From contig MTMD02000002.1 in assembly GCA_002010065.2 (NCBI GenBank), positions 288,001 through 352,000 on the forward strand: 64,000 nt of DNA. The letters run 5' to 3'. Source of the DNA: Candidatus Pyrohabitans jungbluthii. GTDB taxonomy: Archaea; Hydrothermarchaeota; Hydrothermarchaeia; Hydrothermarchaeales; BMS3B. The first letter of the stretch is position 1. Each line of letters begins with the position of its first letter. The notes beneath the pieces were generated by a model. It was given only the letters and a program-made list of their open reading frames with translations, was not told where the DNA came from and searched no databases. Position numbers and translations under genes: made by a program. This document shows positions 38,533-46,831 of this stretch, one piece after another.

Positions 38533-39438
38533 ATGCGTTTCCTTATTTTACTAATCCTGCTGCTCTTCTCTGCCTGCACCGCAGAGGAGCAGGCTATCGA
38601 GGTGAACTTCAGCGATGTGGTTGAGATTAGAAATCCGGGAGAAGAAGATAGCGCTGTGGTAATTGGGGTTTCCAACATTCTCTCACCTGTGGAGACGGTA
38701 ACCTACTATGAAGACCTCTTTGACTACCTTTCAAAAAAGCTTGGAAAGAAGGTAAAACTTGTACAGCGCAGCAACTATGCCGAGATGAATGAACTTTTGA
38801 GGCTGGGGAGAGTTGACCTCGCCTTTGTGTGCTCTCGAGCTTATATAGCCGGAGCCATGCAGTTTGGGCTGAAACTCCTCGTGGTGCCTGTGGTTTACGA
38901 TGAAGGACCTGTTTACTACTCCTACATAATAGTGAATAAAGACAGCAACATAAACAGCTTCGTAGAGCTTCGTGGGAAAAGCTTTGCCTTCGCAGACCCT
39001 CTCTCAAACTCAGGGGAGCTTTACCCCAGGTATCTGCTTGCGAAGATGAACGAAACCCCGGACACCTTCTTCTCCCACTACTTCTACACCTACAGCCACG
39101 ACAAGAGCATCGAAGCTGTAGCCTCTGGCATAGTTGACGGCGCTGCAGTGGACAGTCTGATATGGGACTATAAAAATATGACTGAGCCATGGGTAACCTC
39201 CCGCACGAGGATAATCAAGGTTTCTCCACCCTTTGGCATTCCACCTGTCGTGGCAAGTCCATACAGCGATAAGGAACTGGTTGAAGAGATAAGGAACATA
39301 CTCCTGAGTATGCATGAGGATGAGGATGGCAGAAAGATACTAAGGAAGCTCCACATAAAGCGCTTCATACTCCCTGAAAATGCTTCCTACGCCTCCATAG
39401 AAGAGATGCTGCACGTGGTTGAAGGAAATGTTACCTGA
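38533..39438 (+). CDS. PhnD-like oxyanion-binding lipoprotein (AioX/ArrX/ArxX-like)
   Basis: FSAC lipobox; QRSNYAE, DLAFVCSRAY, YYSYIIV, DPLSNSG, SHDKSIEAV, PPFGIPPVV. Confidence 0.8.
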   Translation: MRFLILLILLLFSACTAEEQAIEVNFSDVVEIRNPGEEDSAVVIGVSNILSPVETVTYYEDLFDYLSKKLGKKVKLVQRSNYAEMNELLRLGRVDLAFVCSRAYIAGAMQFGLKLLVVPVVYDEGPVYYSYIIVNKDSNINSFVELRGKSFAFADPLSNSGELYPRYLLAKMNETPDTFFSHYFYTYSHDKSIEAVASGIVDGAAVDSLIWDYKNMTEPWVTSRTRIIKVSPPFGIPPVVASPYSDKELVEEIRNILLSMHEDEDGRKILRKLHIKRFILPENASYASIEEMLHVVEGNVT

Positions 39439-41446
39439 GGTAAAGTTTGGCGTCAGGGCAAAGTTCGTCCTTTCAATAATACTCGCTCTTTTAATTCTTG
39501 GCGCCCTTTCAGCAGTTATAATGCAGACTGTCTTAAAGTCGGTGCTCCTACAGGGGCTCACCAGAGACGGCTTTACCCTTGGTGAAAACCTCGCCACGGC
39601 TATAACAGAGCCCCTTCTGACAGAGGATGTGGTCTCCCTGCATCGCATGCTGAAGGAGTTTAAGTCCAGCCGGGAGGATGTTGCTTACTTATACGTGCTC
39701 AATCAGAATGGCGAAGTTGTGGCGAGCACTTTTGAGGGGGGCTTCCCGAGGGGGCTGCTAAACCTTCGCGGAGCTGGAGTAACGACCATAAAGAATGAAA
39801 GGGGAGAGCACATCCGCGACCTTGCCATACCGGTGCTTGAAGGCAAGGCTGGAGAGCTCCACCTTGGGCTCACAGAAGAGCTTGTCAGAGCAAGAGTTTC
39901 TGAAGCTACGCGAAAGCTGATGCTCGGCATAACTTTGCTTTTGCCAATAGCTGTGCTTGTTGGCTATGCCTTTGGAAACCTTATCACCACGCCTATAAAA
40001 GAGCTGGAGGTAGGAGCGAGAGCCCTGGAGAGGGGAGAGCTTGATTACAGGATAAAGCTTCGAAGCAGAGACGAGTTTTCTGTGCTTGCAGAAGCCTTCA
40101 ACAGCATGGCTTCTGAACTTGAAAAGAACATCCAAGAAATAAAGAGATACTCATGCTCTCTAGAAAAGCTGGTGGAGGAGCGCACCAAGGAGCTTCTCCT
40201 TCTCCAGAGGATTAACAACCTTTTAAATACCGGTGCAAGCCTTGAGGAGATTCTCGATGAGATTACCAAGGGGATAGTGAAGGTCTTCGGCTACGACGCC
40301 TGTGCTGTGCACCTGCTCAAAGGCGAAGATACGCTGGTGTGCAGAAGCTACTACATGGATTCAGCGCTGATAAAAAAGCTTGAAGAACTCACGGGCAAGA
40401 GGACAGACGGGTATGAGATGAAGCTCACGGAGGACAACCCCATAAGCAGGATAGTTTTTGAAAGGGAGCCGTTTTTAACTGACGATGTGGAGAATCTGAT
40501 AAAATACCATACTCAAGATAGAAAGATAAGAGTATTGGCGAAGGTTATAACTAAGCTTGTGCCTGCACGCTTTGGTTTGGGGATCCCCCTGATATCCAGG
40601 GAGAGGGTTGTGGGAGTTATCGGAATAGGGAGCAGAAAACCCCTGGAAGATAGCGATGTGACTAGGCTTATGAACTTCGCCTCCCAGGCGGGCATCGCTG
40701 TGGAGAAGGCTATACTCGAGGAGAGGCTACTTGAATACTCTCGAGAGCTTGAGCGTAAGGTAGAGGAGCGCACAAAACAGCTTCTCCACGCAGAGCGCTT
40801 AGCTACAATAGGTACCCTTGCCTCAGGAGTAGCGCATGAGATAAACAACCCCATAACAAGTATAATGCTTGATGCTGAAAGGATCAGGGACGAGATGCTC
40901 GATGAGAAGGAGGTAAAGGAGATAGCAAAGGGGATAGTAAAACAGGTGGAGAGGATTCAGAGGATAACCCGAAGCCTGCTCATGTTTTCAAGGCATGCGG
41001 AGATGGAGGCAAGGGAGGTTGACCTCAACCAGATTGTGGAGGAGTCTCTGAATGTGCTGAAGCCGAAGCTTAAAAGAGTGACGGTGGAGAAGAGGCTGGA
41101 AAAGCTACCCCACGTGTGGGGCGACCCGGCTCAGCTTCAGCAGGTCTTTGTCAACCTTATTCTCAATGCTGTGCAGGCAATGCCTGATGGCGGCAGGCTA
41201 ACAGTAATAACAAGAAGGGAAGGTAGGGAGGTGGTGGCGGAGGTTAGCGACACAGGTGTGGGCATACCTGAGGAGCACTTAAGCAAGATATTTGACCCCT
41301 TCTTTACGACAAAGAAGGTAGGGGAGGGCACGGGATTAGGGCTGAGTATCTGCTTAGGCATAGTTGAGCGCCACAATGGCAGAATAGAAGTAAAGAGTAA
41401 AGTAGGAGAAGGAACAACATTTACTGTGTGCCTGCCTCTGAGGTGA
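39419..41446 (+). CDS. Membrane sensor histidine kinase (HAMP-GAF-HisKA-HATPase)
   Basis: Two TM segments, DEFSVLAEAFN, GVAHEINNP, QVFVNLILNA, DTGVG, GTGLGL. Confidence 0.93.
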   Translation: MKEMLPEVKFGVRAKFVLSIILALLILGALSAVIMQTVLKSVLLQGLTRDGFTLGENLATAITEPLLTEDVVSLHRMLKEFKSSREDVAYLYVLNQNGEVVASTFEGGFPRGLLNLRGAGVTTIKNERGEHIRDLAIPVLEGKAGELHLGLTEELVRARVSEATRKLMLGITLLLPIAVLVGYAFGNLITTPIKELEVGARALERGELDYRIKLRSRDEFSVLAEAFNSMASELEKNIQEIKRYSCSLEKLVEERTKELLLLQRINNLLNTGASLEEILDEITKGIVKVFGYDACAVHLLKGEDTLVCRSYYMDSALIKKLEELTGKRTDGYEMKLTEDNPISRIVFEREPFLTDDVENLIKYHTQDRKIRVLAKVITKLVPARFGLGIPLISRERVVGVIGIGSRKPLEDSDVTRLMNFASQAGIAVEKAILEERLLEYSRELERKVEERTKQLLHAERLATIGTLASGVAHEINNPITSIMLDAERIRDEMLDEKEVKEIAKGIVKQVERIQRITRSLLMFSRHAEMEAREVDLNQIVEESLNVLKPKLKRVTVEKRLEKLPHVWGDPAQLQQVFVNLILNAVQAMPDGGRLTVITRREGREVVAEVSDTGVGIPEEHLSKIFDPFFTTKKVGEGTGLGLSICLGIVERHNGRIEVKSKVGEGTTFTVCLPLR

Positions 41447-41450
41447 GAGC

Positions 41451-42107
41451 GTGGCGAGAGTTCTTGTGGTTGACGACGACGAAGCTGTGTGTAGAAGTTT
41501 GAAACAGACGCTAACCTCAAACGGCTTCAGTGTGGATGCCACAACTTCACCACAGGAGGCTATTGAACTTCTGCGCGATAACAGCTATGACATTGCAATC
41601 TACGACCTTGTAATGCCCGACATTGACGGCATTGAGCTTCTCAGAGAGACAAAAAAGATAAACTCTGCCCTGCCTGTGGTTATGATAACAGCTTTTGCAA
41701 CAATTGAGAGCGCCGTCGAAGCGATGAAGCGGGGTGCAAGTGACTATATAGAGAAGCCTTTCACCAAGAAGGATATTCTCACAATTGTGAGGCGTGCTTT
41801 AGAAGAGGCCAAGTTCAGAAAGAGCATTTTAGAGCTCTCCACCAGTAGAGAGGTTGAAGAGGTTATAAGCTCCCTCAACTCCCCGCTGAGGAGATTGATA
41901 CTCAGCTACCTTGAGGAGAGGGGGGAGAAGCTCAGCTTCACCCAGCTCCAGCGAGGCGTAGGCGAGCGCGATGCCACAAAGTTCAACTTCCACCTGAGAA
42001 AGCTGAAGGAAGCAGGTCTGGTGGAGCAGGACGAAGATAAGCGATACACACTTACACAGAAGGGCAGGAAGGCTTTGGAGGTAATAAGCAGCCTTGCTGA
42101 GGTGTAG
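41451..42107 (+). CDS. Response regulator: REC plus ArsR-like winged helix
   Basis: VVDDD, DLVMPDIDG, KPF; SPLRRLIL...FNFHLRKLKEAGLV. Confidence 0.88.
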   Translation: MARVLVVDDDEAVCRSLKQTLTSNGFSVDATTSPQEAIELLRDNSYDIAIYDLVMPDIDGIELLRETKKINSALPVVMITAFATIESAVEAMKRGASDYIEKPFTKKDILTIVRRALEEAKFRKSILELSTSREVEEVISSLNSPLRRLILSYLEERGEKLSFTQLQRGVGERDATKFNFHLRKLKEAGLVEQDEDKRYTLTQKGRKALEVISSLAEV

Positions 42108-42143
42108 CTAGCAGGCAGATTTTTATCTCTCCATGCTTTTGAA

Positions 42144-42300
42144 TGGACCCTGATTATGATGTTCAGCCTGAAGGGATACCTTATTGTACAGACCCCGCTG
42201 GATGTCATCCACATCGCCATTCCCCTCCTGTTCTACTTCGTAATTAAATAGGAGCTGACTATTCGAAGACAGTGCCCTGTCTTTCACCACAGCCAGCAAT
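42144..42300 (+). pseudogene. acr3: Decayed fragment of an Acr3-family arsenite efflux gene
   Basis: TLIMMFSLKGYLIVQTPLDVIHIAIPLLFYFVI then stop; GADYSKT; frameshift to ALSFTTASN; matches the Acr3 C-terminal half as recalled. Confidence 0.75.
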
Positions 42301-42364
42301 AAGAGTGTTAAGAAAGGTATTCTACAATCAATTTTTAAAATATTCCATAAGTATCAAAAAAATT

Positions 42365-43015
42365 TTATAATCTCTCCGTCTCCAGTCTCAACAACAGTCT
42401 TTCCACTATTGCCACACCTTCGCTGGTTAGCTGATACTGTCCTGCCCTGTTTTTACTCACTATTCCCGCCTCGCTGAGAACGCGAAGATGAAAGCTCAGT
42501 TTTGATGGGTCGTCCATCTCTATGCTCCTGGCAACCTCAGAAAACCTCCTCGCGCCTGCGTGAAGGAGGTAGAGAGCTATCTTCTTGCGTATCGGGTTTG
42601 AAAGCGCCTTGATTACAGCATCATTAAGCCTCGCCTCAACTTTGCGCTCTAACCTCGCCTCTTCTAAGGTTTTCTTGACGATACTCACCAGCTCGCCTAC
42701 ATTGAAGGGCTTTACAAGAAAGTCACTCGCTCCGAGCTTCATCGCCTCCACCACGTCAGCTATAGAGGGAAAGGCGCTGATTATTATCACCTTGGTCTCC
42801 GGTGAAATCCTCTTTATCTCATCCAGTGCTTCTAGGCCACGGATATCTGGAAGCACCAGGTCGAGGAGCACCAGGTCAGGTTGATTTTCCGTCAGCCTGG
42901 CAATCCCATCGGCGGCGCTCTCCGCGGTCAACACCTCAAAGCCATACCTGCGCAGTGCCTTTTCCAGCACGCTTGTAGTGTGCCTATCGTCATCCACAAT
43001 AAGTATGGTGCTCAT
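42365..43015 (-). CDS. Response regulator: REC plus ArsR-like winged helix
   Basis: IVDDD, DLVLPD, KPF; LSNPIRKKI...LSFHLRVLSEAGIV. Confidence 0.88.
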   Translation of the reverse strand: MSTILIVDDDRHTTSVLEKALRRYGFEVLTAESAADGIARLTENQPDLVLLDLVLPDIRGLEALDEIKRISPETKVIIISAFPSIADVVEAMKLGASDFLVKPFNVGELVSIVKKTLEEARLERKVEARLNDAVIKALSNPIRKKIALYLLHAGARRFSEVARSIEMDDPSKLSFHLRVLSEAGIVSKNRAGQYQLTSEGVAIVERLLLRLETERL

Positions 43016-43284
43016 ATCCCCTTTCCAGTCTTTTCCTTTATTTCATCCAGAATCTGGGCGATTGATTTATTCTCTGTGGATATGCCCAGATTTTCCGCGA
43101 TTTCCGTAAACTCCCTCTTATACACGCTCAGCTCTCCTGTCAGATCCCTCTCCAGCTCTTCCGCTGCTCTTCGATACTCTGCCACTGCCTTGCCCATACT
43201 CCTTGCCAGGTCTGGAAGCTTCTCAGGCCCAAAGAAGAGGAGGGCGAGAAGCGCTATGACAGCCACTTCTCCAGAGCCAATCAT
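43012..43284 (-). CDS. TatA/B-family subunit
   Basis: [25 protein letters not shown]. Confidence 0.88.
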   Translation of the reverse strand: MIGSGEVAVIALLALLFFGPEKLPDLARSMGKAVAEYRRAAEELERDLTGELSVYKREFTEIAENLGISTENKSIAQILDEIKEKTGKGI

Positions 43285-43334
43285 TTCTCGCTACCCTCAT
43301 CCTCCATGCCACGCTTAAACTCCACCTTGGCTCT
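43263..43334 (-). repeat. Inverted copy of 38218..38289
   Basis: 71 of 72 positions identical by manual comparison. Confidence 0.85.
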
Positions 43335-43430
43335 ACCAAGGCTGCGGGCAAGCTCAGGCAGCTTATTTGCGCCGAAGAGAAGCACAACTAAAGCAAGCAC
43401 CACCAGAAGTTCTGTGTTCCCTACCAGCAT
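43281..43430 (-). CDS. tatA: TatA/E subunit (not in ORF track)
   Basis: [49 protein letters not shown]. Confidence 0.9.
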   Translation of the reverse strand: MLVGNTELLVVLALVVLLFGANKLPELARSLGRAKVEFKRGMEDEGSEK

Positions 43431-43581
43431 ACTATCACCTGGTATTTACTTTTGAATCACCTATCCTTAAAACTTTATTTTAAAAGAAATTTTATATAAA
43501 GGAGATTTTATATTAAAAAATAAAAAGTAAAATTTTACTAAAGTTAACAAAGCTTGATACTATAGCATCCAAGAAAGAAAA

Positions 43582-44574
43582 ATGAGCGGAAGGAAAACAT
43601 TGAGATGGGTGGCAATACTTCTGCTGGTTCTCCTCGCAGCATACGTCTCAGGCAAAAATAGCGGGGACATGCCTGAAGTTGAGTTAGAGAAGTCTCATTA
43701 CTACTATGATGTGCTAGTGCATGGGGGTTACCTGTACGCCACCTCCCCCTGGGGCTTGGAGGTGTTCTCTATTGACGGGGGAAAAATTTCCCTCACAGGT
43801 GGTTATGAAACCAAGGGTGAGGCTCAGACGCTTGCTCTCTCCAAGGAAAGACTCTACCTCAGCGATGCCACAGGCAGGCTATATGTGTTCGATGTAAGCA
43901 CGCCCGCACGACCGCGTTTGATAGCTGAGCTAGAGCTGGACAAAATCGCCCAGAGGATTGTAATTTCTGGAGATAGGGCATATCTAGCGTGTGTCTCTTC
44001 TGGGCTGGTAATTCTGGACCTTCAGAACCTTGAAGAGGTTGGATTCTACAAGCCCAAAAACTACAGCTATCCTAAGGGAATATGCCTCCAAGATGGAAAG
44101 CTGTACATCGCAGACTTCACCATGAGGCTTTACGTCGCAGACGTGGTGGACGACTCCCTAATTTTTCTGGCCTCCCACCCAACCAGCAGCGTGGCCCACG
44201 ACGTTCTCGCTTGGGAGAGCTTTGTCTACGTTGCAAGCTCCGACGGGGGCGTGGACGTATTTAAGGTCTCTGGAAAAGAGCTGGAATTGGTACAGAACCA
44301 TCCTCTCCCCGGCTTTGCTCTTCGCCTGGCCAGGTATGGAAATTACCTCCTGGTTACCCTCGCCGATGAAGGTGTGGCTTTGCTCGAGATACAGAAGGAC
44401 GGCAGGCTTGAGCTTGTTGCACAATACGACACCCCTGGCAACGCGTACGGCATAGCTCTTGCCAATGGCTACGCATATGTGGCGGACTATGACGGAGGCA
44501 TAGTGGTGTTTGACCTCTCGCAGCTTCCGGAGCTTGTGCCAGTGGATTTCGCTAGGCCAGAGGTGAGCCCATGA
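43582..44574 (+). CDS. Exported LVIVD-repeat beta-propeller protein
   Basis: N-terminal signal/TM; repeated YxYVA..GL.I.D units; YDTPGNAYGI. Confidence 0.8.
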   Translation: MSGRKTLRWVAILLLVLLAAYVSGKNSGDMPEVELEKSHYYYDVLVHGGYLYATSPWGLEVFSIDGGKISLTGGYETKGEAQTLALSKERLYLSDATGRLYVFDVSTPARPRLIAELELDKIAQRIVISGDRAYLACVSSGLVILDLQNLEEVGFYKPKNYSYPKGICLQDGKLYIADFTMRLYVADVVDDSLIFLASHPTSSVAHDVLAWESFVYVASSDGGVDVFKVSGKELELVQNHPLPGFALRLARYGNYLLVTLADEGVALLEIQKDGRLELVAQYDTPGNAYGIALANGYAYVADYDGGIVVFDLSQLPELVPVDFARPEVSP

Positions 44575-46028
44575 AAGCAAGCGTTAGCACCAAGATGATG
44601 CTCGCCATAGGCTTAATCGTATTTCTCTCCGTAGAGGGCATCTTCTACTACATGAGCGAAAGCCACGAGAGGAGCATGATGGAGCAGCTCCGCCAGCAGG
44701 CGAAGAGCATCGCTGATCAAATACTCCTGATAAGGCTTTGGGCGGCGGAGCATAGAGAGCGCGTTGCGCCTGTGCCCGCGGAGCTCACCTACGAGCTCTC
44801 AGAACTTTCAAATGAACTGTACGACTACAAGATTCAGCTTGTAACCCTAAGACCCAGAGACCCCGAAAACTATCCCTCTGATAATTTTGAGAGAAGGGTG
44901 ATTCAGGAGTTTATACAGGGAAAGAGCAAGGAAGAGTATGCGATAAATGGCGAGTTTTACGAGTATGCTGTACCTCTCTATGTAGAAGAACCCTGCCTTA
45001 AATGCCACATTGACCAGGGCTATCGCGTGGGCGACCTGCGCGGCGCACTGGTGGTAGAGATACCAGTTAGCGAGGTGATGGCATCTCTCGCAAAAACCAG
45101 GAAGGAACTTATTGTCTATGGATTTGTGATTTCTCTCGGCATTATGCTGGCGATTCTGGGTATTATGAGGATAGTGGTCATAAAGCCTTTGAACAAGGTT
45201 AAGGAAGCCGCGATGAAGCTAGCGAAGCGCGACTATTCTGCTCGCGTTGAGGTGAGCAACGACGATGAATTGGGCGAATTAGCGAGGGTTTTCAACAGCA
45301 TGGTGGAGGAGCTCAAGAACAAAGAGGCGCAGGTGATTCAAAGCGAGAAGATGGCGACCGTTGGTAAGCTCGCCGCTGGAATAGCGCATCAGATAAACAA
45401 CCCCCTCGCCAATATAATACTCTACTCCCAGATTCACCGTGAAGAGGTGGACGATGAGGAGACAAAAAAGGTGCTGGAGATAATTGAAGAGGAAGCTTCT
45501 CTCGCCTCAAAGGTTGTACAAGGCCTTCTGGACTTCTCCAGGTATCGGGAATTCAAGCGCGAGGCTGTGCAGATTAACGAGGTTATAAGAAAAATGTTAA
45601 ATATACTTAAACCTCAACTACAGTACAAGAACATTAAGCTGGAACTAAACCTCGACGAGAACTTGCCGGAGATTCAGGGCGATTCAGCAAAACTTCTCGA
45701 CGCCTTCATAAACATTGCCACAAATGCGATAGATGCCATGAAGGAAGGTGGAAGGCTGAGTATACGCACAGGTAAAAGCGATGGAAAAGTGGTGGTGGAA
45801 ATCGCCGACACCGGCATGGGCATACCTGAGGAGCATCTCAGCAAGATATTTGACCCCTTCTTCACCACCAAGGAGGTGGGCAAGGGCACGGGCCTAGGAC
45901 TTTATATTACTTATAGTATAATTAATAAGCATGGTGGCGAGATAGAGGTGGAGAGCAAGGTCGGAAAGGGTACAAAATTTACTATATATCTACCAGGTGA
46001 GGTGAATGCAGGAAATACTTATAGTTGA
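44571..46028 (+). CDS. Sensor histidine kinase with extracytoplasmic c-type heme (DUF3365-like) domain and HAMP
   Basis: [16 protein letters not shown]...[11 protein letters not shown]; [10 protein letters not shown]; GTGLGL. Confidence 0.9.
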   Translation: MKASVSTKMMLAIGLIVFLSVEGIFYYMSESHERSMMEQLRQQAKSIADQILLIRLWAAEHRERVAPVPAELTYELSELSNELYDYKIQLVTLRPRDPENYPSDNFERRVIQEFIQGKSKEEYAINGEFYEYAVPLYVEEPCLKCHIDQGYRVGDLRGALVVEIPVSEVMASLAKTRKELIVYGFVISLGIMLAILGIMRIVVIKPLNKVKEAAMKLAKRDYSARVEVSNDDELGELARVFNSMVEELKNKEAQVIQSEKMATVGKLAAGIAHQINNPLANIILYSQIHREEVDDEETKKVLEIIEEEASLASKVVQGLLDFSRYREFKREAVQINEVIRKMLNILKPQLQYKNIKLELNLDENLPEIQGDSAKLLDAFINIATNAIDAMKEGGRLSIRTGKSDGKVVVEIADTGMGIPEEHLSKIFDPFFTTKEVGKGTGLGLYITYSIINKHGGEIEVESKVGKGTKFTIYLPGEVNAGNTYS

Positions 46029-46659
46029 GGACGACCCCAAACTTAGAGAGGGGCTTAGAATACTCCTGGAAAAGAAGGGGTACTCGCCCAAGATCGCCGA
46101 GGATGGGGTAAAGGCAATAAATATGATTAAAAAGCAGAAATTTGACCTGGTAATCACTGATCTCGTGATGCCAGGCGCTGATGGCATGGAAGTGCTGAGG
46201 AATGTTAAGAAGTACTCCCCCCTCACCAAGGTGATAATAATCACCGCCTTTGGTACCGTCGATAGTGCCGTGCGCGCGATGAAGATGGGGGCGAGCGACT
46301 ATATACTAAAACCCTTTAAGGTGGAAGAGATAAGAAACAAGATTCTGCGTCTGCTGGAAGAGACCCGCATAGAGGAGGAAAGCAGGGAGAAGATGGAGAC
46401 GCAGGAAACCGGCAAGGACGTGCTCAAGTCTCTCTCAAACCCCATAAGGCGCAGGATAATGGAGTACCTCCATGCCAAGGGTAAGGCGAGGTTCACGGAT
46501 ATAATGAACTACCTTGGTATAGATGAGCCAGCTAAACTCGGCTTTCACCTGCGGGTGCTGAAGCAGGCCGGGCTAATAGCGCAGGATGAAAACCGCCACT
46601 ACTATATCTCCGAGGCTGGAAAGCGCGCTTTCATGACACTGCTTTCCCTGGAAGGGTAG
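46006..46659 (+). CDS. Response regulator: REC plus ArsR-like winged helix
   Basis: IVEDD, DLVMPGADG, KPF; LSNPIRRRI...LGFHLRVLKQAGLI. Confidence 0.88.
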   Translation: MQEILIVEDDPKLREGLRILLEKKGYSPKIAEDGVKAINMIKKQKFDLVITDLVMPGADGMEVLRNVKKYSPLTKVIIITAFGTVDSAVRAMKMGASDYILKPFKVEEIRNKILRLLEETRIEEESREKMETQETGKDVLKSLSNPIRRRIMEYLHAKGKARFTDIMNYLGIDEPAKLGFHLRVLKQAGLIAQDENRHYYISEAGKRAFMTLLSLEG

Positions 46660-46733
46660 CATTTAAATAAAATCGTTGAATTCGGATAGAAGGTTAAATT
46701 GATATATTTGAAAGGAGGGGGGCGACTAAAAAT

Positions 46734-46765
46734 TTAGTTTAACTATATGCAGTGATATAAACTAA
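46734..46765. promoter_or_regulatory. Candidate operator palindrome upstream of napA
   Basis: TTAGTTTA-N16-TAAACTAA perfect 8-bp inverted repeat, in AT-rich DNA. Confidence 0.35.
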
Positions 46766-46831
46766 TTTTTAAAAAAAAGATTTTATCATTTTAAAATTTA
46801 GTGAATATCAATGCGAAGCGGAGGTGAAAAT

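Noticed and set aside
41259-45900. Similar nucleotide stretches in the two kinase genes
   Set aside because: Explained by conserved G1/F/G2 boxes ([18 protein letters not shown]) in paralogs
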